A stretch of DNA of 64,000 nucleotides, counting the filler, from Octopus bimaculoides (taxonomy: Eukaryota), in the NCBI RefSeq assembly GCF_001194135.2. It is 5 parts of 5 records of this genome, joined end to end, with 100 filler letters (N's around TTAATTAATTAA, not from the genome) between each part and the next. Parts side by side here need not be neighbours in the genome. Positions count along the whole stretch, not along the records: positions 62,196 to 64,000 come from NW_026384360.1; 4 more parts are not named here. One strand, 5' to 3'. Positions 63,966 through 64,000 of the stretch are shown here, in pieces; the stretch's first letter is position 1, and every line of letters begins with the position of its first letter. The notes beneath the pieces were generated by a model. The model had not been told where the DNA came from. It made no database searches and worked only from the letters and a program-made list of their open reading frames with translations. A program made the position numbers and the translations under genes.

Positions 63966-64000
<35 letters not shown>
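63900..64000. repeat. (GATA)n followed by inverted (CTAT)n
   Basis: Direct reading; orientation switches at tagatcta (about 63949-63956). Confidence 0.9.

Overview
AT-rich, gap-riddled eukaryotic window dominated by microsatellites and decayed transposons. The SSR load and SINE set look like an octopus genome, possibly O. bimaculoides (inference). I found no intact protein-coding gene, rRNA, tRNA gene or CRISPR array; almost all listed ORFs are SSR or N-run artefacts. Recognisable content: at least five tRNA-derived SINE families; four R4/Dong-type LINE relics, including one 3.3 kb near-full-length copy; RTE, CR1-group and Tx1/L1-like LINE fragments; mariner and Tc1 pseudogenes; two MITEs; a 198-bp solo LTR with a 5-bp TSD; and Penelope-type termini. 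Main observations: (1) eight hammerhead-ribozyme-like motifs, one with an intact catalytic core (11691-11735, minus); (2) the most abundant SINE shares its 3' tail with a CR1-group LINE present twice in the window and appears to be a CORE plus Meta-like chimera; (3) every Dong-type insertion has its 5' junction at an (AAT)n tract; (4) an old inverted duplication with TA ends at 18117-19374; (5) a sharply CpG-depleted domain at about 54.9-60.4 kb; (6) a few isolated candidate exons of unknown genes. Four 44N-TTAATTAATTAA-44N spacers are artificial joins, so the window may not be contiguous. SINE family letters are my own labels, and degenerate-element boundaries are approximate.
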